Positions 57,601 through 64,000 of a stretch of 64,000 nucleotides of DNA are shown here, one piece after another; the first letter of the stretch is position 1, and each line of letters starts with the position of its first letter. The stretch is from an uncultured Acidimicrobiia bacterium. Lineage in GTDB: Bacteria; Actinomycetota; Acidimicrobiia; Spongiisociales; UBA5794. The stretch covers positions 278 through 64,277 of the forward strand of contig CAXMQQ010000005.1 of the NCBI GenBank assembly GCA_964195545.1, given 5' to 3'. The position numbers were made by a program, and so were the translations under genes. The notes below the pieces were generated by a model. It worked only from the letters and a program-made list of their open reading frames with translations, searched no databases and was not told the DNA's origin.

Positions 57601-58020
57601 ATGACCGCATCCGACACCTCGCAGGTGATCCGCAACGCCGGCCTGAGAGCGACCAAGCCAAGAGTCCTCATCTACGACCTCCTCCAAGAGGCCGGTGGCC
57701 ACCGCACAGCCGACGAGGTCGCCGGGCTGGTCGTCGACAGTCGAAGGCGTCTTCCTCGTGCATCGGTATACAACGTGCTCGACGATCTGTCCAGGGTCGA
57801 CCTTGTCATGCGCGCCGATCGGGGACCGGGAACGGCGATCTACGAAGTCTCCGACACGTGGCATCACCACTTCGTGTGTCATGTGTGCGGAGAGGTAATG
57901 GACGTGGCGTGCGTGGTCGGGTCGAAGCCGTGTCTCGACGCGGACGTGCCGGGCGCCGTCATCGACGAGGCTCAGATCATCTTCCGCGGTGTCTGCGCTT
58001 CCTGCGCCGGCTCAACCTGA
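57601..58020 (+). CDS. Fur family transcriptional regulator (PerR/CatR/FurA-like)
   Basis: LRATKPRVLIYDLL, HHHFVCHVCG, and a C-terminal CASC. Divergent from the catalase gene. Confidence 0.88.
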   Translation: MTASDTSQVIRNAGLRATKPRVLIYDLLQEAGGHRTADEVAGLVVDSRRRLPRASVYNVLDDLSRVDLVMRADRGPGTAIYEVSDTWHHHFVCHVCGEVMDVACVVGSKPCLDADVPGAVIDEAQIIFRGVCASCAGST

Positions 58021-58415
58021 CCGAACCGACGGCAAGGTACGCTACGCAGGACTCTCACCGGGTCGAGGATCGCGGGAGGTGCCGTAGTTCATCCGCTCGA
58101 GGCGGGCTCTGACCTGGTCTGCATCATCGTCATCCACACGCCTCGTCGCCCCCACTCCGCGGAGTCGGTCGGTGGTACGTTCCCGGTAGCGCTCGTCGTC
58201 ATCGCGGTTCCGGGATCGAGAAGACCACATCAGGATTTCCCCCTTGTCATCGAGCTAGCTCCCAAATCGTTGCACATAGCCATCAATATCGGGCGAATTT
58301 CCGAATACAAGAGACACAGATCGTCGACTGCCGAGCGAACTAGTGTCGAACGGCCGCTTCGACCGCACCACTAATGTCAGGTCTCGCACGACCCCCTCCC
58401 TGGAAAGGGTTCTCA

Positions 58416-59795
<1,380 letters not shown>

Positions 59796-59819
59796 CAAGT
59801 CGACGGAGCAAGGAGCGAA

Positions 59820-60593
59820 ATGAGACTCGAAGGCAAATCGGCTGTGATCACGGGAGCCGGGAACGGAATCGGGCGAGAGACTGCGCTGTTGTTCACCACC
59901 GAAGGCGCTGCGGTCACAGCCGTAGATCTCAACGAGGAGGCAGTGAACAACACGGTTTCAGAGATCATCGCCGGCGGCGGAACCGCCATCCCGATCGTCG
60001 CCGACGTCTCCAGCGACAACGATTCGGCTGCGATGTTCGCGGCGGCCGAAGAGGCATTCGGTCGCGTCGATATCGTGTTCAACAACGCAGGGATCATGCA
60101 CTCCGACGACGGAGATGCCGTCGGCACGGACGAGGCGATCTGGGACCTGACGATGGATGTCAATGCCAAGGGCGTGTTCCTCGGATGCAAACACGGCATC
60201 CCGGCGCTGCGCAGAGCCGGTGGCGGCTCCATCATCAATACCGCCTCGTTCGTGGCACATCTCGGTGCCGCCACGCCGCAGGTCGCCTACACCGCGTCGA
60301 AAGGCGCCGTGATGGCAATGACACGCGAACTCGCCGTCGTGCATGCCAGGGAAGGAATCCGCGTCAACGCGCTCTGCCCCGGGCCATTGCGTACTGAGTT
60401 GCTCATGAAGTTTCTCGACACCGAGGAGAAGAAGCAGCGGCGGCTCGTCCATATCCCGATGGGACGCTTCGGCGAAGCAGCCGAGATGGCCAAGGCGGTG
60501 CTTTGGCTTGCCTCCGACGATTCGTCCTACGTGACCGGAACCGAGTTCCTCGTCGATGGCGGTATCACCGCCGCATACGTGACACCGGAGTGA
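59820..60593 (+). CDS. SDR family oxidoreductase
   Basis: TGAGNGIG cofactor motif, NNAG, and the YTASKGAV catalytic motif. Confidence 0.9.
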   Translation: MRLEGKSAVITGAGNGIGRETALLFTTEGAAVTAVDLNEEAVNNTVSEIIAGGGTAIPIVADVSSDNDSAAMFAAAEEAFGRVDIVFNNAGIMHSDDGDAVGTDEAIWDLTMDVNAKGVFLGCKHGIPALRRAGGGSIINTASFVAHLGAATPQVAYTASKGAVMAMTRELAVVHAREGIRVNALCPGPLRTELLMKFLDTEEKKQRRLVHIPMGRFGEAAEMAKAVLWLASDDSSYVTGTEFLVDGGITAAYVTPE

Positions 60594-60660
60594 TCGGCAA
60601 ACTCGACAGGGTTCTAGCGAGGTATCGTGATGCCGTACGCCAACAGTCGGGAAGGCAGAC

Positions 60661-61497
60661 ATGACGACCGCAGGTGAATCCGTATTCGACACGATCGAGC
60701 CGGAGAAGAGTGTCAAGAAGCCGAAGCTGGGCAAGAAGTTCTACGAGTCAGAGCTCGTTCGGCTTCAGGGCGAACTCGTCAAACTCCAGAGCTACGTCAA
60801 GGAAGAAGGGCTGAAGGTCGTCGTCGTCTTCGAGGGACGGGATGCCGCGGGGAAGGGCGGTGTAATCAAGCGGATCACCGACCGCCTGAACCCCCGGATC
60901 TGTCGGGTTGAGGCCCTCGGGACACCCACGGAACGGGAGAAGACCCAGTGGTGGTTCCAGCGCTACGTCAACTACCTGCCAGCGGCGGGAGAGATGGTTC
61001 TGTTCGACCGCTCCTGGTACAACCGCGGTCTCGTTGAGCCCGTCATGGGCTTCTGTACCAACGACGAATACACAGAGTTCTTGCGTACCTGTCCGGAGTT
61101 CGAACGGATGCTGGTCCGGAGCGGGATCATCCTCATCAAGTACTGGTTCTCCGTGAGTGACGAAGAGCAGGAACGCCGGTTCCAGGCCCGCATCGACAGC
61201 ACAACCAAACGTTGGAAGCTCAGCGACATGGATCTCGAGTCACGCGCCCGCTGGGTCGAATTCTCGAAAGCGAAAGACATTCTGTTCGACCACACCGACA
61301 TCAAGCAGGCTCCGTGGTTCGTCGTCAACGCCGAGGACAAGAAACGGGCTCGCCTCAACTGCATCAGCCACCTGCTGTCGATCATCCCGTACGAGGACCG
61401 GACGCCCACTCCGGTCGACCTTCCGCCCCGCCAGGAGAACACGGGCTACATCCGTCCACCGATCACTGAACAGACGTTCGTTCCGGATGCCTACTGA
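60661..61497 (+). CDS. ppk2: polyphosphate kinase 2 (single-domain)
   Basis: VVVFEGRDAAGKGG Walker A and the FDRSWYNR lid motif. Confidence 0.9.
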   Translation: MTTAGESVFDTIEPEKSVKKPKLGKKFYESELVRLQGELVKLQSYVKEEGLKVVVVFEGRDAAGKGGVIKRITDRLNPRICRVEALGTPTEREKTQWWFQRYVNYLPAAGEMVLFDRSWYNRGLVEPVMGFCTNDEYTEFLRTCPEFERMLVRSGIILIKYWFSVSDEEQERRFQARIDSTTKRWKLSDMDLESRARWVEFSKAKDILFDHTDIKQAPWFVVNAEDKKRARLNCISHLLSIIPYEDRTPTPVDLPPRQENTGYIRPPITEQTFVPDAY

Positions 61498-61525
61498 ACC
61501 CCTCTGGTGACGAATTCGGGTGACT

Positions 61526-61552
61526 GAGAGGCTGGTGAAACGCTAGCCTCTC
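61526..61552 (+). terminator. hairpin GAGAGGCT ... AGCCTCTC downstream of ppk2
   Basis: Perfect 8-bp stem with an 11-nt loop. Confidence 0.45.
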
Positions 61553-61586
61553 TGGCGCTAACCCTCGATTTGAAGGATGGAGCGAC

Positions 61587-63461
61587 GTGGCCTCAGCGGA
61601 TCCACAGAGCTATCCCCTGCTGGAGAGCCTCGATCTTCCGGCGGATCTCGAAGGCCTCGACGAACGGGCCCTCGCCGATCTCGGCGACGAGATTCGCTCG
61701 TTCATGCTCGAGGTCATCTCCCAGAACGGCGGCCACCTGTCCCCAAATCTCGGCGTCGTTGAACTCACGATTGCTCTCCACACCGTGTTCGACAGTCCGA
61801 CAGATCGGATCATCTGGGACGTCGGACATCAGTCGTATCCCCACAAACTCCTTACGGGCCGCTTCAAGGAGTTCCCGACACTTCGGCAGGAGTCCGGTAT
61901 GTCGGGCTATCCGTCGCGAGCGGAGAGTGCCCACGATTTCGTCGAGAACAGCCATGCATCGACGTCGCTCAGCTACGCGGCAGGACTCGCCCTCGCACGC
62001 GGGGAAGGGGATGACTCCTACGTCGTTGCCGTCATCGGCGACGGAGCACTCACCGGTGGAATGGCATACGAAGCGCTCAATCACATCGCACAGCTGAGTC
62101 CCGAACGGCTGATCATCGTGATCAACGACAACGGTCGCTCATACGCTCCAACCGTGGGTGGTCTCGCGGCACACCTCGCCGCGCTCAGAGTGAACCCCGC
62201 CTACGAGCGATCGAAAGAGATCCTGGGCGAGATGGCCCGCAGGATCCCTGTGGTCGGTGAGACAACCGATGAGGCACTCCACCGGATGAAGGAGGCGATC
62301 AAGCAGGTCCTCCAGCCCGCCACGTTCCTCGACGTGCTCGGTATCAAATACACCGGGCCGATCGACGGCCATGACTTGGAAGTCCTCGAAGCGACCCTTG
62401 ATCGAGCCAAACAGTTCAAAGAGCCGGTTGTTGTGCACGTCGTGACGGAGAAGGGTCGGGGCTATGCGCCGGCAAGGGATGAGAGCGAGAGAACCCACGG
62501 GGTCGGTGCATTCGATCTCGGCACGGGCGACGCTCATTCCAACGGCATCGGATTTACCGATGCGGCCGAGGCCATCATCGCCGACGCCGCAGAACGGAAT
62601 CCGGATGTGATAGCGATCACCGCCGCCATGGGTTCGGCAACGGGACTCGGTCGCCTCGCGAGAGAACATCCCAACCGCGTCATCGACGTGGGCTTGGCCG
62701 AACAGCATGCGGTGACCCTTGCTTCCGGACTGGCCATGGGCGGGCGTCGACCGATCGTCTGCATCTACTCGACGTTCCTCCAACGAGCCTTTGACCAACT
62801 CGTGACGGACGTCGCTCTCCACGATCTGCCGGTCGTCTTCATGATCGACCGCGCAGGCATCACCGGTTCAGACGGACCGTCTCACCATGGTGCCTTCGAC
62901 CTCGCATACATGCGGATGGTGCCGGGACTATCGATCGCCGCACCGTCCACTGCGGAAGAACTCGCCGGGATGCTCGCGACCGCTCTGGACCATCCAGGTC
63001 CTGTGGGGATCCGATATCCGAAGGCCGGCGTCGACTCTCTTCCACAGTCTCCACCCGTACCGATTCCACTCGGCGAGTGGGAGGAGCTCCGCTCCGGATC
63101 CGACGTTCTCATCCTTGCCGTGGGCCGCATGGTTTCCGTGGCATCCAAGGCGGCAGCGATGCTGGAGGAGGAAGGGCTCTCGTGCGGTCTCGTCAACGCT
63201 CGCTGGGTGAAGCCCCTCGATCCCCGCCTCCTCGAGTGGGCGGAGCAGTATCAACAGATCTTCACCTTGGAAGACGGCGTCGTCTCAGGCGGTTTCGGCT
63301 CTGCAGTGCTGGGAGCACTTGCACCATCGGGATTGGCGGGAAGGGTCCGTGTTCTTGGTCTACCGGACGCGTTCCTGCCCCCTGGAAACGCGAACGCGAT
63401 CCTCTCGGAGCTGGGCCTTGACGCCGAAGGCGTCGTAGCCCGAATCCTCGCTGGTACCTAG
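61587..63461 (+). CDS. dxs: 1-deoxy-D-xylulose-5-phosphate synthase
   Basis: GGHLSPNLGVVELTIALH, GDGALTGGMAYEALN and DRAGITGSDGPSHHG. GTG start after AAGGATGGAG. Confidence 0.93.
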   Translation: MASADPQSYPLLESLDLPADLEGLDERALADLGDEIRSFMLEVISQNGGHLSPNLGVVELTIALHTVFDSPTDRIIWDVGHQSYPHKLLTGRFKEFPTLRQESGMSGYPSRAESAHDFVENSHASTSLSYAAGLALARGEGDDSYVVAVIGDGALTGGMAYEALNHIAQLSPERLIIVINDNGRSYAPTVGGLAAHLAALRVNPAYERSKEILGEMARRIPVVGETTDEALHRMKEAIKQVLQPATFLDVLGIKYTGPIDGHDLEVLEATLDRAKQFKEPVVVHVVTEKGRGYAPARDESERTHGVGAFDLGTGDAHSNGIGFTDAAEAIIADAAERNPDVIAITAAMGSATGLGRLAREHPNRVIDVGLAEQHAVTLASGLAMGGRRPIVCIYSTFLQRAFDQLVTDVALHDLPVVFMIDRAGITGSDGPSHHGAFDLAYMRMVPGLSIAAPSTAEELAGMLATALDHPGPVGIRYPKAGVDSLPQSPPVPIPLGEWEELRSGSDVLILAVGRMVSVASKAAAMLEEEGLSCGLVNARWVKPLDPRLLEWAEQYQQIFTLEDGVVSGGFGSAVLGALAPSGLAGRVRVLGLPDAFLPPGNANAILSELGLDAEGVVARILAGT

Positions 63462-64000
63462 TCGGCTTCCTTGATGCTCCTCATCGACCAGACCAGCGTC
63501 CGCATCGACAGAGGCTGCTTCAGGACAGTAACCACTGCTTCGGCGACGTCCTCGGCCCGCATCATGTCGGCGAGTCCCGGCATGTCCGGAGTACGACCGG
63601 CACCCATCGCGAACTCGGTCGCCGTTCCTCCAGGCGCGATCGTGCTCACGCGGACACCAGAGTCCCGCAACTCGCGGTCGAGACCGCCGGCCAGACCAAT
63701 CTGGGCGAACTTCGTCGCGGCATAGACGGCCTCATCACCGGCTCCCCGCAGGCCGGCAACGGAAGCGACGATGACGATGTCGCCGCCACCGGCGTCGACA
63801 AATCCCGGGACCGCGGCGCGGATCGGCCACACCGTCCCTGCGACATTCGTATCCATCATCACCCGAAGCTGTTCATCGCTCAGATCCATGATCCCGCCGT
63901 ACGCTCCGATCCCGGCATTAGCCACAAGCGCGTCGAGGCGACCGAAGGTCGCAAACGCCTGCTCAACAAGTCGCGCCGAGTCTGTCGGATTCCGCACGTC
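63458..64000 (-). CDS. SDR family oxidoreductase (partial; N-terminus beyond the window end)
   Basis: NAGIG..., SVAG..., YAATKFA catalytic motif. The ORF is open to the window edge. Confidence 0.8.
   Translation of the reverse strand, partial: DVRNPTDSARLVEQAFATFGRLDALVANAGIGAYGGIMDLSDEQLRVMMDTNVAGTVWPIRAAVPGFVDAGGGDIVIVASVAGLRGAGDEAVYAATKFAQIGLAGGLDRELRDSGVRVSTIAPGGTATEFAMGAGRTPDMPGLADMMRAEDVAEAVVTVLKQPLSMRTLVWSMRSIKEAD

Noticed and set aside
58042-58230. 62-aa highly charged ORF convergent with the Fur-like gene.
   Set aside because: Extreme Arg/Asp composition, no RBS and no recognisable motif. It is likely a chance ORF in the 3' intergenic region.

Overview
High-GC (about 60-65%) chromosomal segment with actinobacterial-type gene content (Lnt, an LCP-family protein, an ECF sigma/anti-sigma pair, Zur- and Fur-type regulators). 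The class assignment is inference only. I support about 60 protein-coding genes, mostly housekeeping and metabolic: mmsA, ald, purM, ilvD, dxs, ornithine carbamoyltransferase, catalase, PPK2, a Zn-type ABC importer with Zur, and a CUT2 sugar ABC transporter. There is one IS5/Harbinger-like insertion sequence. I found no rRNA, tRNA or CRISPR array.

Many long ORFs in the six-frame track are Arg/Pro-rich antisense artefacts of the high GC content, and many track ORFs carry spurious N-terminal extensions. I re-set starts where an RBS or a conserved N-terminus was visible.

Main observations:
1. Two genes are missed or split by the ORF track because of a single in-frame TGA that falls exactly on a redox Cys position and is followed by a GC-rich hairpin. 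One is an Rdx/SelW-like protein (CxxU). The other is a DUF3179 protein in which TGA replaces the first Cys of the family CPxC motif (UxxC). Both are candidate selenoproteins, and the DUF3179 case may be a new selenoprotein family.
2. A family of intergenic arrays with strict 7-nt periodicity recurs at eight or more loci, with units CTGTTTG, TACTCAG, GACAGCA and degenerate heptads. One array forms a long intercistronic hairpin inside the znuA-znuB operon. One lies in a divergent promoter region. One is translated as a C-terminal tail of an enoyl-CoA hydratase.
3. A pyruvate-phosphate-dikinase-like protein lacks the PEP/pyruvate TIM barrel, carries a different C-terminal domain, and sits next to a Tm-1/UPF0261 ATP-binding protein.
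4. Gene decay signatures: a class III aminotransferase with a large in-frame internal deletion, and a P-type ATPase with a 1-nt frameshift near its N-terminus.
5. The IS element is followed by about 480 nt of unexplained non-coding sequence containing extra copies of its terminal motif.
6. A 130-bp element with perfect 19-bp terminal inverted repeats forms the 3' end of an MFS gene.

All family assignments come from motif recognition by eye. No database search was run.
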